From NCBI RefSeq assembly GCF_019968905.1, contig NZ_CP079946.1, positions 5,857,356-5,921,355 on the forward strand: a stretch of DNA of 64,000 nucleotides. The letters run 5' to 3'. Shown here piece after piece: positions 37,277 to 46,466 of this stretch. This DNA is from Corallococcus sp. EGB. GTDB taxonomy: Bacteria > Myxococcota > Myxococcia > Myxococcales > Myxococcaceae. The stretch's first letter is position 1. Each line of letters begins with the position of its first letter. The notes beneath the pieces are model-generated. The model ran no database searches, had not been told where the DNA came from, and was given only the letters and a program-made list of their open reading frames with translations. A program made the translations under genes and the position numbers.

Positions 37277-38593
37277 CTAGAGCTGGCGGATGGCGCGCAC
37301 TTCGACCTTGACGGGATCTTCCGGGCGCGACGCCTCCAGCTTCGCGCAGGAACTGCCCGTGAACCGCACGCCCAGCCTGTCAGGGTTCGACAGGTCCAGC
37401 GACCAGGTGTCGGGGCCCGCGAGCGTGCGCTCGCCGTCGATGTAGACGACGATGAGCTTCTCATCGGAGGGCAGCTGGCTCGGTTCGAGCTGGGTGAAGC
37501 ACGGCTCGCCCGGCTGGATCGCCTCGCTGATCGACTTCAGGGCCGCCGCCAGTTCCTCTCGGTTGCCCGCCTGGTAGAAGGCACGGTTGCACGTGCCGGT
37601 GGCGAAGTCGCAGGTGTCTCCCGCGCCGCAGTCGATGTTGGCCTTGCAGTCACGTGCGTAGCCACCCGCGCGCGCCATCTCGTTGAGGACGCTGGGGCCG
37701 TCACCCGATGACGTCTCCGCGCCGAACCCGATGACGATGGTGGAGATCTTGTTCGTCTTGAGCGCCTCCACTGCCGCCACGGAGGCGTTCTTGTCGAGGC
37801 AGCCGCGGCGGTAATACGGGCTCTGCGGCGTCGTGCACTGGCTCAGTGTTTCGAGCGTGCAGCGGCACTCGGCGCTGCTGCCGTCGATCTTGTTCTTGTC
37901 GTTGCAGTTGGGCAGACCGTCGGTCAGCAGGATGATGATCTGGTCGCGATCCTTGGAGTCGACCTTCATCTTCGTGCCCACGAACTCCAAGCTCGCGCTC
38001 GTCGGCGTACCACCCTGGGGACGGTTGTCGCCACCGTTTGGGATACCCTGGAGCTTGTCGTTGACCAGGCTCGCGTAGGACTGGAGATCCAGATCTGAAT
38101 CCAGGTCGAAGGGGATCTCCGCGCGGACGCTCTGGTTGTCAGCGGCAGCCGCCATGCACAGCTGGGCTACGGTCGCCGATTGTCCCGGGGGCAGCGGAGG
38201 CAGGGGCGCCGGGTAGGTGGTCAGACCGAAGCGGACCAGCTTGCCGCTCTCGCTGAGGAACGGACCCATGGCGCCCTGGAGCTCCGACCAACGCGTGGGG
38301 CACTTTGTCGTGTCGCAGGGATACTTCTCGCCACACTCGATCTGGCTGCCGTCCACCGTGATCGTGCAGGCCGGCAGCTGCCCGTTGACCGGATGGGTCA
38401 TGGAGCCAGAGGTGTCCACGAGGAGCATCACGTCCGGCTTGCTCTTGCGGGCGGTGATCACCGTCTCCTTCGTCGTCTGGGCGATCGCGAGCGGATCCAC
38501 CGGCTCGAAGTCATAGGTCTGACAGCCGGCCATGACAGCGACACCGAGGGTGCCGGCCAGCAGTGCGCTCAGGGGGGTCGACTTGGCGCGCAT
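37277..38593 (-). CDS. von Willebrand factor A domain lipoprotein, Cys-rich
   Basis: Track ORF extends to 38935. The ATG at 38593 gives MRAKSTPLSALLAGTLGVAVMAGCQ (lipobox). VWA MIDAS motif DVMLLVDTSGSM, plus multiple Cys-rich segments (CDTTKCPTRW, CRCTLETLSQC, CKANIDCGAGDTCDFATGTC). Confidence 0.7.
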   Translation of the reverse strand: MRAKSTPLSALLAGTLGVAVMAGCQTYDFEPVDPLAIAQTTKETVITARKSKPDVMLLVDTSGSMTHPVNGQLPACTITVDGSQIECGEKYPCDTTKCPTRWSELQGAMGPFLSESGKLVRFGLTTYPAPLPPLPPGQSATVAQLCMAAAADNQSVRAEIPFDLDSDLDLQSYASLVNDKLQGIPNGGDNRPQGGTPTSASLEFVGTKMKVDSKDRDQIIILLTDGLPNCNDKNKIDGSSAECRCTLETLSQCTTPQSPYYRRGCLDKNASVAAVEALKTNKISTIVIGFGAETSSGDGPSVLNEMARAGGYARDCKANIDCGAGDTCDFATGTCNRAFYQAGNREELAAALKSISEAIQPGEPCFTQLEPSQLPSDEKLIVVYIDGERTLAGPDTWSLDLSNPDRLGVRFTGSSCAKLEASRPEDPVKVEVRAIRQL

Positions 38594-38811
38594 AGGCTTT
38601 GAGGGTTTCCTTCCAGGGGGGAACGACGGACTGCGAATGCCCCAGCGTAACGCGTGGACGCCCACCGAGGCTACAGCGTCGCGAGGCATGCGGGTTTCAT
38701 TCAGGTAGTGCTGCCAAGTTGCAACGTCAGTCGATCCGCGGGGGCAAGTCCGGTTCCGCTGTCGGACATCCCCCTCCTTCCAGAGGGAAGGAAACGGCTC
38801 GGGCATCCCGC

Positions 38812-39204
38812 TCAGAGCGTGAGGACGCGCGCGCCTTCGGTCAGCCTCCAGATGGAGGCCAGGCCCATGACCTCGTCCAGGGTGCCGTGAAGTTCCTGGG
38901 GCGAGAAGCCGCAGATGCGCACCGTGGTGTCGCAAGCCACGAGCTTCGCGCCCAGGGCGCGGGCCTCCTCCAACATTCGGGCCGGCGTGGGGACATTGAG
39001 CCCTTCAGCCCGGGCTGCTTCGGTTCGCTCGCGCTCGCTGTGCGCCAGGCCGAAGCCGCCGCGGACCAGCTGGCGCAGGGCCTCGAAGGCGAAGACGAAG
39101 TAGACGTCGTCGCCCATCGCGGCGGCGGTGATACCCATGGAGGCCGCCTGATAGGCGGGCTCGTACGTGGCGTGCTGGAGGAAGAAGAAGACGCGTCCGG
39201 CCAT
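38812..39204 (-). CDS. DsrE/DsrF-like family protein
   Basis: 130 aa; VFFFLQHATYEPAYQAASMGITAAAMGDDVYFVFAFEAL...KLVACDTTVRICG matches the DsrE-fold pattern. Confidence 0.55.
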   Translation of the reverse strand: MAGRVFFFLQHATYEPAYQAASMGITAAAMGDDVYFVFAFEALRQLVRGGFGLAHSERERTEAARAEGLNVPTPARMLEEARALGAKLVACDTTVRICGFSPQELHGTLDEVMGLASIWRLTEGARVLTL

Positions 39205-39285
39205 GATGGACCGACCTTAGCGTCATCGAGTCCGGACCGGCAGCCGTCGTATAACGGGACTCCCCTTCCCCACCGGGAGCCCCGC

Positions 39286-39942
39286 ATGCCGAGCCAGCTT
39301 TTCCGCCCCCGCGGTGTTCGTCCCTCGCCGGTCCCCTTCCATTCCGCGCCCTCGCGATGGGTGGCGCTGGCCGGCCTCGCCGTGCTCGCGGGCGCGGCGC
39401 CCCCGTCCGAGGCGGCTCCGGTCCGCGCGCGGGTCGCGGCCACGGCCTCCGTTCCCCCGGCCGCGGTCGTTCCCGGGCCGCTGCGCGCGGAGACCCTGCA
39501 ACTGCTCTCCCAACCGGCCGTCGCTTCCGAGGCGGCGTGGCGCAAGCTGGGGCCGGAGGTCGTGCCCGTGCTCGCGGCACTCGCCGAGGATACGAGCGTC
39601 CCCGATGCGCAGCGGATGGGGGCCGTGACGGCGTTGGCTCGCGTGGAGTCTCCCGAGGCGGGACAGACGCTCCAGGCGATGCTGGAGGATCCGCACCGGC
39701 CTTCGGACGTCCGCTCGCAGGCGGCCGCCGCGCTGGGCCAGCGCCTGGGATTCGAGGCCGTGACGACGCTGCGGGCCCGGCTGGAGGATCAGGATCTGCG
39801 GATCCGCGAGGCCGTGGCCCAGGCGCTTGGCCGGCTGGGCGGACAGCAGGTGCGCGAGGTGCTGGAGGAACGGCTTCCCCTGGAGGAGGTACCCCAGGTG
39901 CGGGAGGCGCTCCAGCAGGGACTCACGCTGGCGGAGCCCTGA
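39286..39942 (+). CDS. Secreted HEAT/PBS-lyase-like repeat protein
   Basis: ATG at 39286 (in frame with track ORF 38599..39942). Signal-like RWVALAGLAVLAGAAPPSEA, then repeated ...DVRSQAAAALGQ.../...RIREAVAQALGRLG... HEAT-like units. Confidence 0.55.
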   Translation: MPSQLFRPRGVRPSPVPFHSAPSRWVALAGLAVLAGAAPPSEAAPVRARVAATASVPPAAVVPGPLRAETLQLLSQPAVASEAAWRKLGPEVVPVLAALAEDTSVPDAQRMGAVTALARVESPEAGQTLQAMLEDPHRPSDVRSQAAAALGQRLGFEAVTTLRARLEDQDLRIREAVAQALGRLGGQQVREVLEERLPLEEVPQVREALQQGLTLAEP

Positions 39943-40029
39943 GCCGGACGCCGGGCATGGTGGGGACGGGTGCCCGGGTGGACTGCTCGGGGCTCGCGTC
40001 GGGCGGGACGTTCCGTTAGATGGGAGGCC

Positions 40030-40725
40030 ATGCGCCCCACCGTCCTCCTCTTCGACATTGATGGCACCCTCGTCACCACCGGCGGTGCCGGTCGCCGCGC
40101 CATGGGCCTGGCCTTCGAACAGCTGCACCAGCGGCGCGACGCTTGCGACGGCTTCAGCATGTCCGGGATGACGGACCGGGCCATCGTCCGCAAGGGCCTG
40201 GGCATCATCGGACAGGCCGACACCGAGGACGCCATCAGCGCGGTCATCGATGCGTACGTCGCCCACCTGGGCCTGGAGGTCCCCAAGGTCGATGCCCGTG
40301 AGTACCGGCTTCACCCGGGCATGCGCGAGGCCGTGATGGAGGCTCGCTCACGGTCGGGCTTCGCGGTGGGCCTGGGCACCGGCAACGTGCGCGCGGGGGC
40401 CAAGGTGAAGCTGGACCGCGTGGACATCCATGACCAGTTCGCCTTCGGCGGCTTCGGCTGCGACTTCGAGGACCGCGTGGCCCTCATCCGGCACGGCGCG
40501 CAGGCCGGGGCGGCGCAGCTGGGCCATCCGCTGGAGGCGTGCCGGGTGGTGATCATCGGCGACACGCCCAAGGACGTCGCGGCCGCCAAGGGCATTGGCG
40601 CGGAGACGATTGGCGTGGGCACGGGCAACTTCACGCCCCAGGCGCTGCGCGACGCCGGGGCCGAGTGGGCCTTCGCGGACCTCACCGCCCCCGGCGCCAT
40701 GGAGGCCCTGCTCGTCGGCCGGTGA
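40030..40725 (+). CDS. HAD-superfamily hydrolase (phosphoglycolate phosphatase-like)
   Basis: MRPTVLLFDIDGTLVTT (DxDGT motif I), ...GLGTGN..., ...VVIIGDTPKDVAAAKGIGA (motifs III/IV). Confidence 0.8.
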   Translation: MRPTVLLFDIDGTLVTTGGAGRRAMGLAFEQLHQRRDACDGFSMSGMTDRAIVRKGLGIIGQADTEDAISAVIDAYVAHLGLEVPKVDAREYRLHPGMREAVMEARSRSGFAVGLGTGNVRAGAKVKLDRVDIHDQFAFGGFGCDFEDRVALIRHGAQAGAAQLGHPLEACRVVIIGDTPKDVAAAKGIGAETIGVGTGNFTPQALRDAGAEWAFADLTAPGAMEALLVGR

Positions 40726-40767
40726 AGGTGTGGTATCTCCGCCGCCCCTCCGAGGAGTCATCCACGC

Positions 40768-41898
40768 ATGTCGTCCACGCTCGAATCCTATGAGCTGATC
40801 CGCTTCGCCGAGGCCTTCGAGGCCCGGCTCGCCACGGCGGAGGAGATGATTGTCGGCAGGCCGGGGCTGGAGGCCGAGAAGCAGTGGCTGGCCTCCGCGC
40901 TGGAGCGCCTGCGCGAGGCCCGGGAGCCCGCGGGTGGCCTGCTGGAGCAGGTGAAGGACCTGCCGGAGCTCGACGAGGCCCGCGAGGAGTTCTCGTTCGA
41001 CCAGCAGGGCCGCTGGGTGGATGCACTGGAGAAGCTGCACGCCGGCATCACCTTCACCGCCAGCAGCCGCGCCCCCGTCATCGAGGCCCTCTTCCCCCAC
41101 CTCAAGTTCCCGCAGCTGCGCCGGGCGCCCGTGGAGATGGTCAACGAGTACGCCACGTCGTACGAGCGGCGGCTCAAGAGCGCCTACGTCACGCGCATCT
41201 TCTCCCGCGATGACTTCGCCATGGTCCGCCCCGTCGTGGATCAGGTCGCCGCGATGTTCGCCGCGTGGACCGCGAGCCTGTCCCCCACCCCGCTGCCGCC
41301 GGATCAGGAGGCCGCCCTGCGCGAAGCCCTGGTGTCGCTGGGACGGCGGTTGGATGTGGCGCTGCGGCAGGGACGGCTGCTCGCGGAGGCCGCGCTCGTC
41401 CCTGTCCCCGGGGTCTTCGAGGCCGCGGGCCTCACCCTCAAGCCCCGGAAGCGCGCGGGCAAGTCGCTCGCGCTCTCCGCCGAGGACGGGGCTTCGGACC
41501 TCTTTGGTGAAGAGGGCGACCCGGGCGTGGAGGACACGTTCGAGGGGGCGGAGGCTCATGGCGACGAAGTGACCGCCGACACGTCGGCGGTCGAGGACGT
41601 CGTGGAGGAGGGTTCCGATACCGAAGCCGCCCCGTCACCGGAGGCAGCCAGCTCCGAGGCCGATGCTTCGGACGGCGGTGACACGGAAGCGGCTCCGGCT
41701 GCTTCGGGACCCGTCGCCCCGGAGACGCCTGTCGCGGCGCGTCCCTCCCGGCGGGGCCGTCCTCCGAAGAACGCGGCTCCGGCCGTGGAGACCGCGCCAG
41801 CCGAGGCCCCTTCGGAGGCTCCGGCCTCCTCGGCTCCCGAGGCCGTGCGCCCCAAGCGCCGCAAGAAGACCGACCCGTCCGAGGCTGGGACGCCTTGA
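40768..41898 (+). CDS. Hypothetical protein with acidic low-complexity tail and C-terminal AT-hook (RRGRPPK) / basic patch
   Basis: 376 aa. Structured N-terminal 2/3, then D/E/S/A-rich region, then PSRRGRPPKN (AT-hook consensus) and KRRKK. Confidence 0.5.
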   Translation: MSSTLESYELIRFAEAFEARLATAEEMIVGRPGLEAEKQWLASALERLREAREPAGGLLEQVKDLPELDEAREEFSFDQQGRWVDALEKLHAGITFTASSRAPVIEALFPHLKFPQLRRAPVEMVNEYATSYERRLKSAYVTRIFSRDDFAMVRPVVDQVAAMFAAWTASLSPTPLPPDQEAALREALVSLGRRLDVALRQGRLLAEAALVPVPGVFEAAGLTLKPRKRAGKSLALSAEDGASDLFGEEGDPGVEDTFEGAEAHGDEVTADTSAVEDVVEEGSDTEAAPSPEAASSEADASDGGDTEAAPAASGPVAPETPVAARPSRRGRPPKNAAPAVETAPAEAPSEAPASSAPEAVRPKRRKKTDPSEAGTP

Positions 41899-41943
41899 GA
41901 CCCGACGCGCGGTGAAGCTCCCGCCGTGAAGAGGAACCCGGAC

Positions 41944-44508
41944 ATGGCGGACGTCGCCCTTCCCATCGATCCCCTCCTGCCGGACATCGTCTCCACGCTC
42001 CGGAGTTCGCGGTCGCTCGTGCTCGAAGCGCCTCCGGGCGCGGGCAAGACGACCCGCGTTCCCCGCGCGCTGCTGGAGGCGGGGCTGGGCGCGGGCAAGG
42101 AGATTGTCGTCCTCCAACCCCGGCGGCTGCCCACCCGGCTCGCCGCTCAGCGCGTGTCCGAGGAGATTGGCGAGCGCGTGGGCGAGACCGTCGGCTACCA
42201 GGTCCGCTTCGAGGACGTCCGCGGTCCCAAGACGCGCATGTCCTTCGTCACCGAGGGCGTGCTCGGCCGTCGCCTGCTCACCGACCCCACGCTGCGCGAC
42301 GTGGGCATCGTCGTGCTCGACGAGTTCCACGAGCGGCACCTGTCCGCGGACATCTCGCTCGCGCTGCTGCGGCGGCTGCAGGAGACGGCCCGCCCCGACC
42401 TCAAGCTCGTGGTGATGTCCGCGACCCTGGAGGCCGAGCCCGTCCGCGCGTACCTCGGCGGCGCGCCTTCCCTGCGCTCCGAGGGCCGCCGCTTCGACGT
42501 CAGCGTCGAGTACCTGTCCGCGCCGGATGACCGGCACCTGGATCAACAGGTGCTCTCCGCGCTCAAGCGCCTGTTCACCCAGGGCGTCGACGGCGACGTG
42601 CTCGTGTTCCTTCCCGGCGCTGGGGAGATCCGCCGCGCTCGCGACACCTGCGCGGAGTTCGCCGAGCGCCACGACGCGGACGTGCTCCCCCTCCATGGCG
42701 ACCTCTCCCCCGCGGAGCAGGACCGCGCCGTGCGCCGCAGCTCGCGCCGGAAGATCATCCTGTCCACCAACGTCGCGGAGACGTCCGTCACCATCGACGG
42801 CGTCGCGGTCGTCATCGACAGCGGACTGGCTCGCGTGGCGTCCCACTCGCCGTGGTCCGGCCTGCCGCAGCTCAAGCTGGGCAAGGTGAGCAGGGCCTCC
42901 GCCGTCCAGCGCGCCGGCCGCGCCGGCCGCACCCGCGCCGGACACTGCGTGCGCCTCTACACCCAGCACGACTTCGACGGCCGGCCCGACCAGGAGGCTC
43001 CGGAGATCCGCCGCACCGACCTGGCCGAGACCGTGCTCTCCCTGCGCGCGTCGGGCGTGAAGGACCTGACGGCGTTCCCGTTCTTCGAGCCGCCCCCCGC
43101 CCCCGCCCTGGAGGCCGCGGAGGCGCTGCTGCGCCGGCTGGGCGCGGTGGATGCCCGAGGCCAGGTGACGGAGGTGGGCCAGCGGCTCCTGCGCTTCCCC
43201 GTCCACCCGCGACAGGCGCGCGTCATCGTCGAGGGCGAGCGCCGGGGCGTGGGTGGCGATGCCGCCGTGCTCGCGGCCCTCATGGGCGAGCGCGACATCC
43301 GCCGCGAGGCCCGCGCCAACCTGGGTGGCGGTGGCCGCGCGTCCGCGCTCGTCAGCGGCCCTTCCGACCTGCTGGAGCTCCTGGAGCGCTTCCGCGAGGC
43401 CGGCCGTTCGGGCTTCAGCTCCGGCCGCATGCAGTCCTTGTCGCTGGACGCAGGCGCCGTGCAGTCCGTGGAGCGCGTGCAGAAGCAGCTGCGCCGCGCG
43501 GTGCGGGAACAGGGGGCGCGCCCCAGCCGCCCCGAGGACGTGGAGCAGGCGCTGATGCTCAGCGTGCTCGCGGGCTACCCGGACCGCGTGGCCCGCAGGC
43601 GGCGGCCCCGCTCTCCGGAGCTGCTCATGTTCGGCGGCGGCACCACCAGCCTGTCCGAGTTCAGCGTCGTCCAGGACGCGGACCTGATGGTCGCCGTGGA
43701 TGCCGAGGAGCGCCCGGGCCGCGGCGCCGTCGTGCGGCTCGCCAGCGCCGTGGAGGCCGAGTGGCTGCTGGACCTCTACCCGGACGCGCTGGAGGAGGTG
43801 GACACCCTCCAGTGGAACCCGGACTCGCGCCGCGTGGAGCGCCTCACGCGGCTGGCCTACGGCAACCTCATGCTGGAGGAGACGCGCACGCCCGCCCCTC
43901 CGTCCGAGGAGGCCGCGCGCGTCCTGGCCGAGGCGGCGCTCGCCGCGGGCCCGGAGCGCTTCGCGGAGCCCGAGGCGCTGGAGCAGTGGCGCACGCGCGT
44001 GGAGCTGCTCGCCAAGGCGTTCCCCGAGGCGGGCTTTCCCACCGTGGACGCGAACTTCATGCGCGACGCGCTGGCGTCCCTGTGCGTGGGCGCGCGCAGC
44101 TTCTCCGACCTGGAGGGGCTATCGCTGCTGGACGCGCTCTACGCGCGCCTCACCTCCGAGCAGCAGCGCCTGCTGGCGAACCATGCCCCCGAGCGCGTCA
44201 CCCTGCCCGGCGGGCGCGGCGTGAAGGTGCACTACGAGCCCAACAAGCCGCCCTGGGTGGAGTCACGGCTGCAGGACTTCTTCGGGATGGCGCAGGGGCC
44301 CAGCGTGGGCGCGGGCCGCGTGCCGCTGGTGCTGCATCTGCTGGCCCCCAACATGCGCGCCGTTCAGGTGACGACCGACCTGGCGGGCTTCTGGGAGCGT
44401 CACTACCCGGCGATCCGCAAGGAGCTGTGCCGCAAGTATCCCCGGCACTCGTGGCCCGAGGATCCGCGCCACGCCCAGCCACCCGCGCCCCGTCCTCCGA
44501 GGCGCTGA
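41944..44508 (+). CDS. hrpB: ATP-dependent RNA helicase HrpB (DEAH-box)
   Basis: Walker A GAGKTT, DEFHER, SATL, TNVAETSVTIDGV, QRAGRAGR; C-terminal HrpB domain. ATG at 41944 with a GAGGAA RBS; the track ORF begins at GTG 41926. Confidence 0.9.
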   Translation: MADVALPIDPLLPDIVSTLRSSRSLVLEAPPGAGKTTRVPRALLEAGLGAGKEIVVLQPRRLPTRLAAQRVSEEIGERVGETVGYQVRFEDVRGPKTRMSFVTEGVLGRRLLTDPTLRDVGIVVLDEFHERHLSADISLALLRRLQETARPDLKLVVMSATLEAEPVRAYLGGAPSLRSEGRRFDVSVEYLSAPDDRHLDQQVLSALKRLFTQGVDGDVLVFLPGAGEIRRARDTCAEFAERHDADVLPLHGDLSPAEQDRAVRRSSRRKIILSTNVAETSVTIDGVAVVIDSGLARVASHSPWSGLPQLKLGKVSRASAVQRAGRAGRTRAGHCVRLYTQHDFDGRPDQEAPEIRRTDLAETVLSLRASGVKDLTAFPFFEPPPAPALEAAEALLRRLGAVDARGQVTEVGQRLLRFPVHPRQARVIVEGERRGVGGDAAVLAALMGERDIRREARANLGGGGRASALVSGPSDLLELLERFREAGRSGFSSGRMQSLSLDAGAVQSVERVQKQLRRAVREQGARPSRPEDVEQALMLSVLAGYPDRVARRRRPRSPELLMFGGGTTSLSEFSVVQDADLMVAVDAEERPGRGAVVRLASAVEAEWLLDLYPDALEEVDTLQWNPDSRRVERLTRLAYGNLMLEETRTPAPPSEEAARVLAEAALAAGPERFAEPEALEQWRTRVELLAKAFPEAGFPTVDANFMRDALASLCVGARSFSDLEGLSLLDALYARLTSEQQRLLANHAPERVTLPGGRGVKVHYEPNKPPWVESRLQDFFGMAQGPSVGAGRVPLVLHLLAPNMRAVQVTTDLAGFWERHYPAIRKELCRKYPRHSWPEDPRHAQPPAPRPPRR

Positions 44509-44525
44509 GGGCGGCGGCACCGCGA

Positions 44526-45005
44526 CTACAGCCGCTTGTGCATCTCCAGGTGGTCGATGCCGGCCTCGTCGAAGACGGCGCCGACGGGCTGGTAGCCGTG
44601 CTTCTTGTAGAAGTCGAGCGCGTAGAGCTGGGCGTGCATCATGATGCCGTTGTAGCCGCGGCGGCGCGCTTCCTCCTCCAGCGTCGTGAGGAGCTTCGAG
44701 CCCACGCGGGCCTTGCGGTGCGACTGCAGCACCGCCATGCGGCCGATCTGGCCCCATGTCCCCGGCTGCCCGGCGGGCGGCTCCGGCAGCTTCACCAGGC
44801 GGCCGGTGCCAATGGCGTGGCCGCCCTGGTAGGCCAGCACGTGGTAGGCGTTGGCGTCCTCGGCATCGCGCTCGATGCCTTCGGGCACGTGCTGTTCCTC
44901 GATGAACACGACCTCGCGGATGGCGAGGGCCTGCATGAGTTCCGCCTCGCCCTTGATCTGGGCGACGGTGACGGGTGCCGGGGAAGTCTCGGGAGGCGTC
45001 GGCAT
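44526..45005 (-). CDS. GNAT family N-acetyltransferase
   Basis: ...AYHVLAYQGGHAIGTGRL...IGRMAVLQSHRKARVGSKLL... is an acetyl-CoA binding motif (R/QxxGxG/A). ATG at 45005. Confidence 0.75.
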   Translation of the reverse strand: MPTPPETSPAPVTVAQIKGEAELMQALAIREVVFIEEQHVPEGIERDAEDANAYHVLAYQGGHAIGTGRLVKLPEPPAGQPGTWGQIGRMAVLQSHRKARVGSKLLTTLEEEARRRGYNGIMMHAQLYALDFYKKHGYQPVGAVFDEAGIDHLEMHKRL

Positions 45006-45267
45006 GGCTGAGGGCAAGGTACACAAAAGCCCGCGCTGCCAACAGGCGGAAAAATGGCCGGCCTCCCGCCCCGAAGTGCCTCCCGCACGGCCGGTCCGTC
45101 CCCTGCCCCCTGACCTCGGTCGGGCTTGTCGTGAAAGCCCCGCCGCATCGGGTCACCTGGTGACCACAACCCTCGTGCGTCGGGGCCTCCCGGAGGGCGC
45201 TCCCCGCCCGGGGTGAAGCCGCCTGGAGCGGATCCCCCTGGGGGAGGGCATGGTAGGATTCGAGGCA

Positions 45268-46317
45268 ATGCGTACCCGAGCCCTCTTCGCCCTGTCCCTG
45301 GGCCTGCTGTCGACGCCCGCGCTCGCCCAGAAGGAGTTCTTTTTCGGTACCGGAGAGCCGCCCGTGTTCCGCGAAGCGGACATGGACAAGCGGTTCCTCC
45401 GCTCACGGGTCAATCAGGCCCTGGTGCAGGGGACGAGCGACGCGAACTGCGCCCAGCTCGTGGGCGCGCTGCTCACCCTGGTGGGCGAGTCCGCGCCGTA
45501 CTTCCACAAGCGCGACGAGAACTTCTACCTGGATCCCGTGTTGATCCAGGCGCTGGGCACGCAGCTGTCCACGCCGCGCTTCCCGGCGAACATGTACATG
45601 GTGTCGATGATCCGCCGGATCCTCATCGACAAGCGGCTGCCGCCGGAGTGGATGCAGACGGCGGTGGCGCTCGCGCCGTACTACCCGCCGCTGGACCTGA
45701 GCAAGCTGCGCTTCATCGCGGATGGCGTGAAGCCCGTGGACAGCTTCTTCTTCACGCTGCCCGCGATCCTGGAGCGCTACGACGTGGAGGTCATCAAGGC
45801 CAACGCCACCGCGGCCAGCGTGGCGGACGCGAAGTTCCGCGACGACTACCTCGACAAGGAGGTGGCCTTCGCGGGGCTGGAGTTCATCGACGCGAAGCTG
45901 GAGACGCCCAAGAAGCGCGGCAAGAAGGGCCCCCCGCCGGAGCCGCCCGCGCTGGTGGCCCGGCTCGTCTACTACCTGCCGGATCCGGGCAATGACGGCC
46001 TGCTGGCGGGGCTGACCTACGGCAAGCCCAAGGTGCGGCCGGCGATCAACATCACGGCGCGGCTGAAGGAAGACCAGTACATGCAGCTGACCCAGCTGCC
46101 GAAGGGCGCCCGCGTGCTCCTGCGCGGCCGCTTCTGGGAGTACCGCAAGCAGCTCAAGGATCTGGAGGTGCGCGATGCGTACCTCTTCCAGGACCGGGAC
46201 TGGGCCAAGAACCCCGCGCTCGCGGACCCCAACGCCGTGGCGGCCTGTCCGCTCGCGTTCAACGACCTGACGGGCACCGCGCCCGTGCAGCCGGGCGGCT
46301 TCGGCAGCAAGCGCTGA
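45268..46317 (+). CDS. Secreted hypothetical protein
   Basis: ATG at 45268 gives MRTRALFALSLGLLSTPALAQ (signal peptide); 349 aa, no recognised domain. Confidence 0.5.
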   Translation: MRTRALFALSLGLLSTPALAQKEFFFGTGEPPVFREADMDKRFLRSRVNQALVQGTSDANCAQLVGALLTLVGESAPYFHKRDENFYLDPVLIQALGTQLSTPRFPANMYMVSMIRRILIDKRLPPEWMQTAVALAPYYPPLDLSKLRFIADGVKPVDSFFFTLPAILERYDVEVIKANATAASVADAKFRDDYLDKEVAFAGLEFIDAKLETPKKRGKKGPPPEPPALVARLVYYLPDPGNDGLLAGLTYGKPKVRPAINITARLKEDQYMQLTQLPKGARVLLRGRFWEYRKQLKDLEVRDAYLFQDRDWAKNPALADPNAVAACPLAFNDLTGTAPVQPGGFGSKR

Positions 46318-46466
46318 GCGTGCGCCATCCCGCGTTCCGCACACCCATCCCGGGGGCGGCACCCTGCCCGTGCCGCCTCCTCCGCGCCCTCCTCCTGAGA
46401 CCGCCCCCGTCCTGACTGGCACGGCCGCTGCTCATGCCCGCGCATCCCTTGCGCGCGAGGCATGGC

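Noticed and set aside
39223-40314. 363-aa minus-strand Arg-rich ORF overlapping the HEAT-repeat and HAD hydrolase genes
   Set aside because: Low-complexity Arg/Gly/Pro composition and no RBS. The overlapping plus-strand genes have clear domain motifs (DxDGT HAD motif, HEAT repeats).
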